A stretch of DNA of 63,445 bases, filler included, from Collodictyon triciliatum (Eukaryota): assembly GCA_043381765.1 (NCBI GenBank). It is 4 parts of 4 records of this genome, joined end to end, with 100 filler letters (N's around TTAATTAATTAA, not from the genome) between each part and the next. Parts side by side here need not be neighbours in the genome. Positions count along the whole stretch, not along the records: positions 15,666 to 33,786 come from JBHJMP010001403.1; positions 33,887 to 51,940 come from JBHJMP010001407.1; 2 more parts are not named here. One strand, given 5' to 3'. This document shows, one piece after another, positions 29,246 to 42,583 of the stretch. Position numbers and translations under genes: made by a program. The first letter of the stretch is position 1, and each line of letters opens with the position of its first letter. The notes beneath the pieces were generated by a model. It had not been told where the DNA came from. It made no database searches and saw only the letters and a program-made list of their open reading frames with translations.

Positions 29246-30572
29246 CTTTTCAAGACTCACGCTATAAGGAGGGCCACTACAATTTATTATTTTTTGATGT
29301 TTGATTTTTGCATAAATTTCATAAAAGTAAGTCAATAGAGTATTATGATGCGCAACATTAAGTTCGATGATGAGGAAAAGATTAGTGGTCCTTGCCAAAA
29401 AGGATGATTTGTAACTAATGCATATCTTATTGAATTAAAAAGGAGCTCACCTCATTTCAGATTGATTGTACTCTATTGTTGATAAGAGGTATGAGAACGA
29501 TGCTGGTTCTTTTAGAACTGCAAGATTGTTATAAACCAGTTCTTTCATTTTATGAATGTATTTATCTTGCTGGCTCTCTGGATGCATTGCAATAAACGAA
29601 GCCCTTTGTATTTGAAAAGTGATGAGAACGTGGTTATATTTCTGCCGAATTATATATATTCTCAAAAAAAAAAAGCTTCTTCACACTTTGAATTTTATTT
29701 CAGAGAAAAACAATAGAAGAGCAACCTTTGGATATTCGGAGTAATTTTTTTTCTATTTTTATAGAGTATTAACCTATCCCAAATAGCATCGAAGGGTCCC
29801 AGAAGCGATGAGTTGAATGTGGGCTCGAATAAATCACATTGATAAAAGGCTAGTCTACCTTTCCAACCAGTATACTTTGTTATCTATTTAGGGTGATGCT
29901 TAAATACTTTCACAGGTTAGATGCTTATATGAGTGGCTGCAATTCTATACTTTTTAAGCAACATTTTCCATCAAGAACAATACAGAATGATTTCTTTTTG
30001 GAATATTACACTGTCATTAAGTGTCTCCTTCTCAAAGGAGAATGTGTTCTCCTGGAAAAAATCTAGGATGGCCTTTTCTGAAAACTCCAGTGCAGAAACA
30101 CGATGATTTTTTTGTAGAAAATACACGATATCGACCGTCTTTCCGGCCAACGGAACAAATATCTGCTCGTGAATAAAGCATGACAAAGACATGAGGAATA
30201 TTTCAACGCGATATACTTATAGTTCACCAATATCATCATATACAAACATGGAGATTTTCTGTTGACCGCAGCAAGTGACTCTCAAACTCTAGAAGAATCC
30301 TACATGCAAGTTTAAAGAAACGATACCAACAGAATATTAGGTCACGTTTTATCCAAATAGGTAAACAGTGTGTGGAAACTTCAAATACATACTGAGGGCA
30401 AATGTTAAAAGCCGCTGACGACCTTGTTGCACTCAGCGAAGCTCTGTGTTTTTACTAATCATGCTATTTTGATATAATTCTGCTACCTATTCACTGACGA
30501 TTCGTGGAAGCCTATGCGGCCGCTTAGCCAGCGGCGATCCCATTCTTCGGGTTCCGGGCACTCGCTCGTCAT
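29246..30572 (-). CDS. Thiopurine S-methyltransferase family SAM-dependent methyltransferase, multi-exon, 3' end probably in the gap
   Basis: MTSECPEPEEWDRRWLSGRIGFHESSVN; IFVPLAGKTVDIVYFLQKNHRVSALEFSEKAILDFFQEN; FYQCDLFE..GPFDAIWDR|ASFIAMHP; TIEYNQSEM|SGPPYSVS. These are TPMT-family motifs. Confidence 0.9.
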
Positions 30573-31010
30573 TCCTTACCTTTTGGCTTGGGTGGCGCGG
30601 AAGAATGAAGGAGAGTAACTGACACAGAAAACTCTATGCAAACATGGAAAAGAGGACGAACCTTATTATCCCAATGACATTGAGAACAAGAAAAGAAAAA
30701 GAAGAAAGAAAAAAAGGGTGAGGAAGTTGATGGTGATTGACGACGGCCATCGAGCAAACGGAGCCAAATGAAAATGGTGCGCATGAAAGGCAGATTTATT
30801 CTCCTGATTTGTGGTTGACAGACTATGTTCACTCGTTCTTTCTTTCTTTCGTATTCGTTCATTCAGCCAGTAACTCACTGGGTATTTTCTTAACTAATTC
30901 TATTAATTCTTTTCTTCATAGTTTCTATTTTGCTGCGGCTGATTATATGAAAAAGAAAAGTGTAAAAGGGTGGCATTGTGTATAGTTCTTAGACTCCCTT
31001 TTCTCACTCA

Positions 31011-31060
<50 letters not shown>

Positions 31061-31088
31061 CCCGTAGGTTGTGCCGTTCCATCTCAGC

Positions 31089-32987
31089 ATGAGCACTCTA
31101 TTGTTCCCCTCAGAACTCGGGCCTGTGCTTGAGGACCTCCGCAATGCATCTGGATCGATCAAATGGTGGGGACTTCTCATTTCCTTGCTTGTCTTTATTA
31201 GCTGAGAGTAATAAGTGGATACTTTTCGTATTTTTTTTCATTTTTTTCATTTATTCAATTCAAAGATGGAAGACTTGTTTTATTTCTTTATATCTTTTAT
31301 TTCTTAATTTCTTCATTTATTTCATTTTTTTATTTCTTCATTTATTCATTTCTTCATTTCTTCATTTATTTCATTCCTTCATATCTTCATTTTTCACTTC
31401 TTTAATTCTTCATTTTTTTTATCCCTATTGACCCAGCATACTAGTTTATGATTTGATGTTTGAACCTTATATCGTGTCATTTATCCTTTACATTTTCATC
31501 TAATTTAATATATGTTTTTACCGATACATCAAAGTTATTTTTACAGTGACTTCAATATTTAGGCTATTCCCAATTTTCCTCAAATATTTTTCTGTGTAGG
31601 GTTGTTTTGGTTTATGAAGATGGAGAGAAGGATAAGCTCGCACTGAAATCAAAAGTAACATTTTCTTTTTAAAACTGAATAATTATAACACGATTGATTG
31701 ATTGAACAAGTTGTTTTCAATTATCCACAAGTGTCCTAATGCTGGAAAATCAAATATCAAGTGATGAAATGAAGTCTTTTGCTATTTAGAATCAATTTAA
31801 AAGCTTTGTATATCACCCGAACACAACAGGGGTCTGGCGCAGTGGATGAGTTTGTTGCATTTTTTTCCGATGACCAAGTTGCCTATGGGCTGCTATCATT
31901 GAAAGTAGACGACGCTTTTAGTAACCGATACAAGGCAAGTCCAGATCTTCACGCCCCTTTTTGAGAGAGAAAATTATTATCTTACTCAACACATATTCAT
32001 GTTTATAAACAAGAAATCATATTCCTTATATAATAGACATTTTGGAATATTTAGAATGCACTCGTTGTATGGTCTGGAGAAAAGAGTCATTGGATGGTGC
32101 GAGGACAAGTCACAGCACACAAGCCATATGTTGAGAATTTCTTTAAGGTAAGTAGTATTTGCAGCAAAAGTGTATTGATAAAACACCTTTATCATTCCTC
32201 TGCGATTATTGTTGCATTACTACATCACTCTGAGAAAAAAATCTTATATTTGCGTTTGTACAGGGGATATACCATGTCATTCTCCCAGCTACAACTAAAG
32301 AAGATTTGACCGAGGATTTAATTCGAAAGTCTTTGAAAAAGGTAAGGATGAGTTAATTGAGGTGTGTAATGAACATGAATGTGTCTCATCTTTCGATGTA
32401 TACAGAGTCCATTCATGTATCTATGTCCGTAATACAAAAATTGAGTATTTGACTCATCTCTTTTTCTTTTCCTTTTTTTCCTTTTTTTCCTTTTTTTCCT
32501 TTTTTTCCTTTTTTTCCTTTTTTTCCTTTTTTTCCTTTTTTTCCTTTTTTTCCTTTTTTTCCTTTTTTTCCCTTTTTTTTCTTTTTTTCTTTTTTTTCTT
32601 TTTTTTCTTTTTTTTCTTTTTTTTCTTTTTTTTCTTTTTTCTTTTTCCTTTTTTCCTTTTTTCCCCTGACAGGCCAGCGGTGCAGACTACGATGCGGGAG
32701 GGAAAGACCAAACCACAGCGGAAAGCAGCAGCACAGTTGAGGTATCAGAAAAGAGCTACTTCATGTGCTCATTTTTGCAAATTATGTACAGTAATACTTA
32801 TTCCAGTGAATTTCTTCTCCTTTTTTCCTTGACTAACTATTCAACAACTTTTTCTTCAATATAACGGGTGAAAATATCTATATCCATCGGCATGCAGTCT
32901 GAAGAGTCCGCAACAAAGGCTCAATTCACGAAGCCAGATAGGCCTGGGCGTGGTGGGCGACAGCTTATCCGCAAGGCAGCCTCATAA
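31089..32987 (+). CDS. ADF-H domain actin-binding protein (coactosin/Abp1-like), about 7 short exons
   Basis: MSTLLFPSELGPVLEDLRNASGSIKW|VVLVYEDGEKDKLALKSK|GSGAVDEFVAFFSDDQVAYGLL..YK|NALVVWSGE..VRGQVTAHKPYVENFFK|GIYHVILPATTKEDLTEDLIRKSLKK|ASGADYD. The last exon is inferred. Confidence 0.82.
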
Positions 32988-33266
32988 AGCTTCCAGCCAC
33001 CGAAGCAGGGCTTCAGAGCAGATAAATTGGCGACCAAAAGATGAAATTAACATCCAATCTTTTTATTGTTGTTTTCTCTGTGTGTCTGTTATTTGGGGGT
33101 GTTCAGCGCAGCGCTTCTTGTTTGTTCATTTGGATTTGACGACGTGTTGCGTTCTTTTGGCCAACAGCATGTCTCTGATTTTCAGAACGTCACATTTCTT
33201 CCTGTCACAAACACACAAAGCAGGGTAGTTTCGCAAAAACAGAGTAGAAAAGTGCTGGGAATCGGG

Positions 33267-33453
33267 ATGAATGGCCAACGACGCGAGCGCGAGGCATATG
33301 TCTACATGGAAGAGTTGCAACCCAAGACACGAGTAGCATGTGCTGTTGAAAAGGAGAAAATATTTGACTTGATAATTAAGCGGGACGTGGAGGCCGTGCG
33401 CTCGTGGATGAACGAGCACGGAAAAGAAGCTCACTTGATCTTCAATCACAAAG
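33267..33453 (+). CDS. Probable first exon of an ankyrin-repeat protein (3'-partial at scaffold end)
   Basis: IFDLIIKRDVEAVRSWMNEHGKEAHLIFNHKG followed by a GT donor resembles an ankyrin N-cap repeat. The rest of the gene is not visible. Confidence 0.4.
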
Positions 33454-33786
33454 GTGGTGTTTTCAAACAAGGAAAAGAGAGCATACCCCAAACTGCAGTA
33501 TTCGATAGAAGTTCTCTCGGAATTAGCATGAAATTCTTTTCTTTTCTATCCTTTTCTCTTTCTTTTTCTTTTTCTTTTCTCTTTCTTTTTCTTTTTCTTT
33601 TTCTTTTTCTTTTTCTTTTTCTTTTTCTTTTTCTTTTTCTTTTTCTTTTTCTTTTTCTTTTTCTTTTTCTTTTTCTTTTCCTCTTTATCTCTCTTTTTTA
33701 TCTCTCTTTTTTATCTCTCTTTTTTATCTCTCTTTTTTATCTCTCTTTTTTATCTCTCTTTTTTATCTCTCTTTTTTATCTCTCTT

Positions 33787-33886
33787 NNNNNNNNNNNNNN
33801 NNNNNNNNNNNNNNNNNNNNNNNNNNNNNNTTAATTAATTAANNNNNNNNNNNNNNNNNNNNNNNNNNNNNNNNNNNNNNNNNNNN
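33787..33886. other. Artificial scaffold linker (N44-TTAATTAATTAA-N44)
   Basis: The 12-mer is at 33831-33842. Confidence 0.97.
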
Positions 33887-34276
33887 AAAATAAGAAAAAA
33901 GAAAATAAGAAAAAAGAAAAAAAGAAAAAAGAAAAAAAGAAAAAGAAAAAAGAAAAAAAAGAAAAAAAAAGAAAAAAGAAAAAAGAAAAAGAAAAAGAAA
34001 AAAGAAAAAGAAAAAAGAAAAAGAAAAAGAAAAAGAAAAAAGAAAAAATGAAAAGAAAAAGAAAAGAAAAAGATCCAAAATTCTGGATTCAAAAAAGAAA
34101 AAAGAAAAAAGAAAAAAAGTTCACTCAACTGTACCCAACCTTCCACCACACAGATCCAACCGCTCATCAAGTCAGAAAGCAAGCCGAAACATCAGAAGAG
34201 AGCGCAGACCCGGCCTTCCGAGCCGTTCCGATCGCCGTCTTACGATCTCCTTCTCTCCAGCCAAGGATCATAGAAG

Positions 34277-37200
34277 ATGACCGAAACCTTCTTCACTCCG
34301 CTGGCCTCGTCTCGACCTGTGCGGACTCTGCAGCTAAGCAGCCAGCATTTATCCATGGTTCCAGCCGATATCATCACCATGAGCGAGCTGCAGGAACTCA
34401 ACATGAGCGACAATCCGCTGGGCAGACACATCCACGATGTTGTTCAAGACCTTCCTACACATATCTGCGTCCTGCAACTCGACCGTGCAGGCATCTCACA
34501 GATTCCAGAGAAGCTTCCCCGCAAGCTCACCAGCCTCAGTCGCCTTTCCATAGCTCACAACAAATTAACAGAACTGCCACATTCGCTGTCCATATGTGTT
34601 GGTCTGCAGATGCTTGACGCATCACACAATCTAATATCCACACTACCAATCGAATTTGCCTCTCTTTCTGCATTGACGGCCTTGCAGCTCACGCACAACC
34701 GCTTCAGCCGCAGGGCGGCTCTCATCCTCGATGCCATCTACACGAATCCACGCATTCTCAGCCTGGCTCATATATGCAAACCTACAAACACTGTATCTCC
34801 ATTTTCGACGGGGTCCGGCTCCACTTCCAACCTGGCAAACCTTGTAGAGTTTACTACCTTGATTAGTGAGTCTGTTGATATCAGTCTGGATGTAATATCC
34901 CCTTCAGCTGCTGCTCCCACAATTCCGGTTGCTGATGATACGTCTAACGATGAGCCCTGGGAAATTCTTCTTTCCTCGATAATCTGCCGTCTTCCAGCAT
35001 TGCACACACTTGACTTGGGTAGAATGTCTCTGAGTTCAGTGCCTGCCGGGCTTATCAACCTTGTATACTTGACCCGTCTATCACTAAATTCCAATCAAAT
35101 CCAGACGTTACCAATAGTCCTCACCAGCATGTCAACTCTCCGCACGTTGGATTTGCGTGAAAATCCCATCCAGTCGCTCCTCGCTATCGCTGGTCGCCTG
35201 CCTCACCTTCGCACACTTCTGTTTGATGTAGACAGCCTTTCTCAGGAGCATGAAAAGTTTCTCTTGCAGCGTATACAATGGCCCAGACAGTCTCTCAATC
35301 TAAATCCAGTTGCCATGGGCACTCTTCCACAGACTCATTCGTCTACAGCAACATCAGGAGTGTCTTCTCTTTTGAAATCGGCCCTCTCTTATCGCGGATT
35401 ACCATCGAATATGTCATCACAATCCTTGTTACCCACCCCAGCACAGTTATGCACTAGTGCCGATGGAGGTATTGCAAAAAGTACGAATGTCTTAAAATCC
35501 GTCCCAGCTCAAATTATACAGTTCCAGTGGCTTAGAACCTGTGACCTTTCTGGAAATAGCCTTTCGTCCCTCCCAGAAAAGCTTACTCTATGCAGTCGGA
35601 TTAGACGTCTGATATTATCTGGCAACTGTTTCAGTTGCATTCCACCAATTGTTACCCAATTCAAAAAGCTGCAGCTTTTGATGTTAGATTCTAATCAAAT
35701 TGATTCTTTGCCAGACTTCTCTTCAGATTTGACAACCCTAACGACTTTCGATCTTCGGGGGAATCCTTTGCCTCCCGATGTTCTTATTGTCTTCAGCATA
35801 TATGACTTTACTAATGGTCGTCTTGATTTATCTAAAAAAAACCTTACGTATATCCCCGATGTCGTACACAACCTGCCAAAGCTTCGCGTCTTGGACTTGT
35901 CTCACAACCTATTCTCTTGTATTCCTGATACAATCGGACTGGTGACCACTCTCATGAGCCTCGACCTTTCGTATAATAAACTGTCGACACTTCCCTCGAC
36001 GATGGCCGAGCTGAGTCGACTCACTAATCTCCGTTTGGACAACAATCGATTCAGCATATACCAGAGGGATTCGTCTCTTGTCTATGCAGATGACTACAAT
36101 GCCCCATATTTCGGGGACGTTTCATCTCGTCCAAATTGTAGGTCATCAATCGCTGCACAAAATGGTGATTGGAACAAAGGAGGTCAGAGACGTACAAACC
36201 CCTACTCGAGAGGTTCTCGAAGGTCAATCATCGACTTAGGAGATGAAAATATTGATTCCGTGCAACTATGTACTTACTTTTATATATGAAAAAAAAAGTA
36301 AAGTAAAAGAAAAGTAAAAGAAAAGATAATAAAAAATATGTCATCTAACGCGATTATTATTCAAAATAAAATATGACATTCTCATGTTGTTTTATCCATC
36401 TAAATAATTATTTCGCCAGGTCTTCCACCGGAATTATGTGAATTAAAAAATTGCGAAATCAGCTTGCTAGGAAACATGAAAATCCCTTCAAAACTACTAC
36501 AAAAATTCCCAGAGTTTATACAAAGTTCCAAATTATCGCCCCTTGTAAAATCGTTGAAAATCCTTCGTATCTTACGTATGATACCCTCTCATGATACAGT
36601 TCTAGCGTATAATTACGAGCAATACGCCTGCAAAAAACTATCACTAACCCTGAAAGAATCTGGTTCGCACGAGAGAACATCACTCATATCAGCGGACATT
36701 ATTAAGCTTGCTGTAGAGGCAGATGCACTTGACTTACTTGGAGACTCGAGAGTTCAAGAATCCATCAATCAAACGTGGACTAACCGGGCCAGTTTGCGTC
36801 GCTACTTGATGGAAAAAGAGGGCAAAGTGTCGTGGTTTGAAAATGGAATCTGGAAGGGTATCGCATTTTGGGCGGCTGCAATACATCATGAAACTCCAAA
36901 GTTTATGGCATCTCCTGGGGCCAAATTTTACTTTTCTGCGCTTGTATACGCTCTTTATTTAACCATTATCACTTTCTACCTCGTACAACAAAATTCGACT
37001 TATGAAACACCAACATACTTTTTCACCAGCACAATACGGAATTCTGTGGATCCATCTAATTTCATGCAAGACAGCGTGCCAGGAGACACAAACTTCTGGG
37101 GGTATCTTAGTTCGACTTTCGTGCCATTTATAGTCAAGGGCCCAGACAAAATATACGATCCTACAGACCCTAGAAGTAAAGAAATTCTTGCCTCCTACTT

Positions 37201-40200
37201 TCGTGTCGTGGGCCCTGTTCGACTTCGACAGCTTCGATCAAAATTGAGAGATTGCTCGTCTCTATCCCCTGATAGAAAACTGGATAAGAATCATCCATTA
37301 TCGAAGGGACTTTGTGTCAGACCTTTCACGATTTACGAGGCTGATAAATCTCCATACGGACCCGATGATGTTTTCCGATGGAAAAGCATTCACGAGTTGG
37401 GCTCATATGATGTTTTTGGTCAATTAAGTAATTGGTATGATGGAAGTGGATACGTCCACCACTTAAGTCACAATTATACCGAAATTATGAATGAAATCCA
37501 ATATCTCCAAGACAATAACTGGATTGACTTGCAAACGCGAGCTGTTTTTATTGAATTCATGACAGCAAATGACAATGCCGATATATTGACTTTTGGCAGA
37601 ATTCTTTTTGAAATCCCAGCGACAGGTTCTATACTGTATAAAGCGAAATACTTTACTGTCACAAAATCTGCCCTAGATATTCAGTGGGACTCATCTGTCC
37701 TCCTGTTTGCTTTCTTATTTCTTTACTCGGTGGGGCTAGTTTTCCACGAGTATCGACAGATGGTCAGAATGAGGAAGCAGTACTTCAGGGATGTTTGGAA
37801 TATAATGGATATCATCTTGATTTGTTTGTTGTGGTCTGCATTCGGATTGACAGTTCTCATCATGAACACAAATGTTGACCCATTTTCTGAATATGATACA
37901 GAGATATTTAAGGATTTCCAAAAAATTACCTTCTCCTTGGAGAAACAGAAGCAAGTAATGACTTTTTTGATGCTATGTTCATGGATTCGACTGTTGTACT
38001 TTTTCGGCGTCCACTCATCTTTCGGTCCGATGCAGATTGCTGTTGGTGCGATGACAGTGGACATGGCAAAATTTTTGCTTCTATTAGCTATATTTTTGGT
38101 AGCGTTTTCGTCCGCTTTCTACGCTGTGTTTGGGTCGGTATTAGCTAATTACTCAACAATCCGACTCATTGGTTATAGCTTAGGACAGGCTCTGTTTACT
38201 TCGTTTGACTTTGACAGCCTAAACGAAGCTGACCCATTCCTTGGTCCCATTCTACTATTTGCATTCATGCTCATCTGTGGTATTTTGCTCCTGAATTACT
38301 TGATTGCAATCCTGAGTGGGACATATGACACTATTCGCCGAAATTCTGTGCGCGAGTACAAAAAGATATTTGCGAAAACTGTTGTCACATCGCAAGAATC
38401 ACCCTGGCCACCACCGCTCAATCTGATATGGCCTGTTATCGGCATATTGATACCATTTTGGACGAAATTGAGACCTTTAATCAGAAAGCTCAAGTTTTAC
38501 TTGATTTACAGCGGAACAAGTCGAATGTTCATATGGCCTTTCCTCTGGGATGACTTGCTTCTAGAAAACCAAGTGAATGGGAGTCGATTTTATCCGAACA
38601 TATTTATGGTTCAGGACTTCGACGTGGTGAACGGGCTTTTTCTTACTATCTGGATTGACTACTTGATCGTAATGTTATCATGGTTACTAGCTGTTATTTT
38701 CAAGATTGTACTATACATCCCTGAAGTAGTCATGCGGAGATGGCGTGCATATAGCAGAGGTCGAACAGGGTTCCAAAAAACTTATCATCAAGGCATATTT
38801 GGCCAAATGACTCGTGATTTTAGTAAGTATGCCTCGTATGAGATGTCCAGTCTCGCTGATGGAGCATCTCCAAGTGACATAATACTGAAAGGAGGGTCTG
38901 CACCATCACCAAGACGAGAAGAGCCTAAACGCGTTGGCGCAAAACAGCAAAAATTATTCTCACTGTCTAAAAGTGGCTCCAACCTATGGGGGGAGGCTAC
39001 TCCAGTCCCGTTTGACGTCTACATATATGTGCACTGTGTCTCTGTTCGCTGCCTCTGGGTCATCACCATGCCTGTCTGGTGTCTTTTGTATTTCTTCAGG
39101 CACATAATTTGGGAACTTAAGGTAACTTTACGCAATAGAAACATCTCTCCACAGAATATACTCGCATTGTCCGTTTCTTTCTTTCTTTCTTTCTTTCTTT
39201 AGTATTTGCAGCGCTCTGCACCATCGATGAGACCATATGAATTTGTACTAATTTGTCATGTTTATTTAACCTTTTCCAAATTATTGCCATGGACAAATGA
39301 CTGGCGCGAATCAGAATCAAAACAGTAGGTTTTTTTTAAAACTTTTTCTCCCTTACATCAAAGCACACCATGATGTTTAAAATTTATGAAAACAAAAAGA
39401 ATCGTCATATGAAATACATAATCCCCGTTGGTTTCCTTAAAAGAGGAGAGAAAAAAGAAAAAGAAAAACGACGTAAGCATTGTCCCACACTTCACCACCA
39501 TTGTCTTAACAATATACATAATTTTACAAGGGTGCACCAACATCTTGTCGAAGGACTCGAAAGCTGATGTAGTGTACTCCAAAGATTTCCTGGTGGTGAC
39601 GAACAAATCACAGTCTCAGTTCACAAACGTATCGTGCATCCTTGCAGCAGACCCTTGGGAACCGAGTCTAGGTGTGTCGTACTTTGAAGTGGAAGTTTTG
39701 TTCCCTGGGTCCATTTCCATCGGGTTGATCCGAAAAGGAGACTCCAACATCCATGTCTTGGGCGACACTCCCGGCTCGATTGGACTCCGAGCCGAGGATG
39801 GTCACTTGGTCAGCCCTCACTTTGGCTCACATCAGATTTGCTTGCCATGGTCCAGGGTGGGTAGCATAGTTGGGTGTGGAGTGGACTTTGGACGCAAGGC
39901 TGTATTTTTCACATACAATGGGTGTCTACTGCCAAACGGAGTCACATGGGCGTATGAAGATCCTGTCTTCCCAGCAGTCCAGCTAAGCGAATATGCGGCG
40001 TCTGTGCGTGTAAACTTTGGAACAAGTCCCTTTCACGCCATGCATCCGTCATTCTCGATTGACCGTGCAAACAAGTTTGAAAAGTCCAAGTGGGATTATC
40101 TGCAAGTAACGCCCGATGGCTCTGCGGTTTCGTATCAGAAGGAAGGGACTGAAAGAGAGGCCTTAAGCGAGCTATGCCTTCTTCTGGCGCACAAAGGGTT

Positions 40201-41987
40201 CAAATTTCAACCCGAGCAGATCTCTTATTACGAGGTTGAACTCCTCCACTCGTCAAAGTATGGCGAGATAACTATGGGATTAGCACACTCTGATATACCG
40301 AGGTCTGGAGAGCTTGGCATCACAGCTGACTCCATTGGAATATCATACCTACCTGAGGCCGACTTCTTTGTTGTCCGATCGAGTTTGGCAGGGTAATTGA
40401 ACTGGATAATCTTTTTGACACACATACACACATACACACATACGTACATATTGCTTGAGTGTAGCCTGTCATTTTTGGACCGCCTCTCTGCTGAATTGCA
40501 GTTAAAGAGCTCGTCATTGAATCTTACATCACTTCTCCCCCTTAATACATCTCTCTCACTCTTACACTTGCCTCCATTTACGAATATAGTATTATATTCA
40601 TACATACAATAATAGAAACAAAATAAATAAACGCAGATACGAGGAGTACACATACCGAGTCGAAACTCTCGATCCCAACAAATCCATTATTATGGGATGT
40701 GGTGTTGACTTCAAGACCGACGTCATCTTTTTCACGGTGAACGGCCATCTTGTGCACGCAGCCACGTACGGGTCGCTGTACAATCGCCCCATTTTCTTCC
40801 CGGGCGTGATACTGGACGCCTTCGGACAGCTCCTCCGAGCTTCATGGAGATTGGATGTGGAGCCCGCCATTGTGGAGGGTGTGCGGTCGACACAGCAAAA
40901 GCTTGTGGGCAAATCCACAGAAGACCGAGACGGGGCGGCTGGCAAGAAGGGATACCACGCGGTCGACAAAGCAGGACGCCGAACGCCCACCGCGGGCCGA
41001 GTGCAGCAGAGCGGAACAGACGACATCACAGACGACGACGAGGATGAGGACGGCGATGATGACGGACCAGCTGTTGGGGACCGGCGGCACCGAATCAACG
41101 CGCCGTCCGACAAGAGGGCAGGACAGCATGCGTCTGTGCCCAACCTGAGAGACCGCGGCGAAGCGCCGACAGACAGCAGCGCAGGCACCGGCACCGGCAT
41201 AGCTGCAGATGCAGACCAGAATCCCACACTCCGCCTTCTGACGCGCCAAGGCCGCTCCGCAGACGCACCCGTCCTCGGTCTGTCTCCGCCCGGCCCACTC
41301 GCAGGGGGCGACCACGCGTCGGTGGCTGCGGCAGGTGTCGGCCTGGCAAGCCCGGCAAGTCTTGGACGCAGCGCCGGGGAAAGCATCGCCGGCGGGTCGC
41401 TGCTGCCGGGCAGTGCCGATGCCGGGTCGGCCGGTGCGCGCGGCAAGGCTGGGCGGCTGCTCTACGCGGCGTCTGTGCTGAGCATCAAGGGCAAGCAGGC
41501 CTCGAGCCGCGGGCAGATTGTAGTCCCAGTGGCCCAGCCGGCATCCTCTGCCGCGCCTCCGCTCACGCCCCACACGGCGGCTGCGGCGCTCTTTGCCTCG
41601 CAGTTTGCCGCCGGTTCAGACGCGTCGGACGCGGGCGAAAGCGCAGGCGGCAATGGACACGGGCAGCTGCTTCAGTCGTCGCCCAACGCAGGGCCCCATG
41701 CGAACGAGCAGGCGCAGCCCCCGTCTGAGAACGCGCGTCCCGTCCAGCTTGTGGACCGCGTCCACCGTGTGGTTGGAGAGCATCGGCGAAGGCAGTCGGC
41801 CATCCAGGGGACTTTCCGCTCAGACCGGCCGGCCATGGCCAGCGTCGTCTCTGCGGTCATGGCAGCGGCTGCAGAAATGCCGGCCAAGCAGCCTTCCCAG
41901 GTGAGTGCGCGCTTTGCGGAGGAAGAGGAGGAGGAGCAGCAGCAGCAGCATGCAGAGCCTCGAAGCACGCCACCGGCCGCGGACTAA
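34277..41987 (+). CDS. LRR + polycystin-2-like/TRP cation channel + two SPRY domains, ~2335 aa
   Basis: Exons 34277-36269, 36420-39121, 39212-39244, 39364-39430, 39531-40392 and 40637-41987 join in phase through GT-AG introns (7008 nt in total). Domains seen: many LxxLxLxxNxLxxLP repeats; polycystin TOP domain (VGPVRLRQLR..C, YDGSGY, LQDNNWIDLQTRAVFIEF..FEIPATG); S6 LLLNYLIAILSGTY; SPRY motifs YFEVEV..VGCGVDF..FFTYNG..VNFG and YYEVEL..MGCGVDF..FFTVNG. The start is tentative because it is near the scaffold edge. Confidence 0.8.
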
Positions 41988-42583
41988 TGCTGCTTGGCGC
42001 TCGGAATCATTCTGGCTGCTTCGCGTCTCTTTGCTGTGCTTTGCTCTGTTGTGCTGTGGAAGTGGGGTTCCTCTTCAAATGCGTTTCGCTTCTATGCAGC
42101 TGTTATCTCCCTATCACTTACCGGCTTTTCTTTTTCTTTTCCTTTTCTTTATTCTCTCTCTTTTTTTTCTTCATTTCTGTTCGCGCTCTCTAGCCCGCAG
42201 GCGAGTGCCATAAGCAACAAACAAACAAATAAACAAAGGAAAGTGAACCTGATAAATGAGACGGCTAACATGGGAAAGGAAGCAAGACAAAGAAAGCGTA
42301 TGAGAGCCACAGAAATTAATCTGTAGCTTATATGAACCCACCTAGTTTTAACTGGATACCGAGCGAAATAGCTGATGAAGGGGATAGACAAGAAGAAAGG
42401 GGGAAGAAAAAAAAGAGACAACAATGGAAAGGCAAGCGGGGTATTAGTAAAAACCCGAAAGATTTACAGACTTTACATAATATTTTTTTTTGTTTTTGTT
42501 TTATCAAAGAGCGCAGGAAGGGAACAATTTTTCAATTTACTTCATTATATTGCTCTCTTTCTCTTTTCCTCGCTGTTTCTGAA

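Noticed and set aside
30490-30610. GC-rich patch that looked like a structured ncRNA or tRNA
   Set aside because: The minus strand reads as TPMT exon 1 (MTSECPEPEEWDRRW...), and no cloverleaf is evident.
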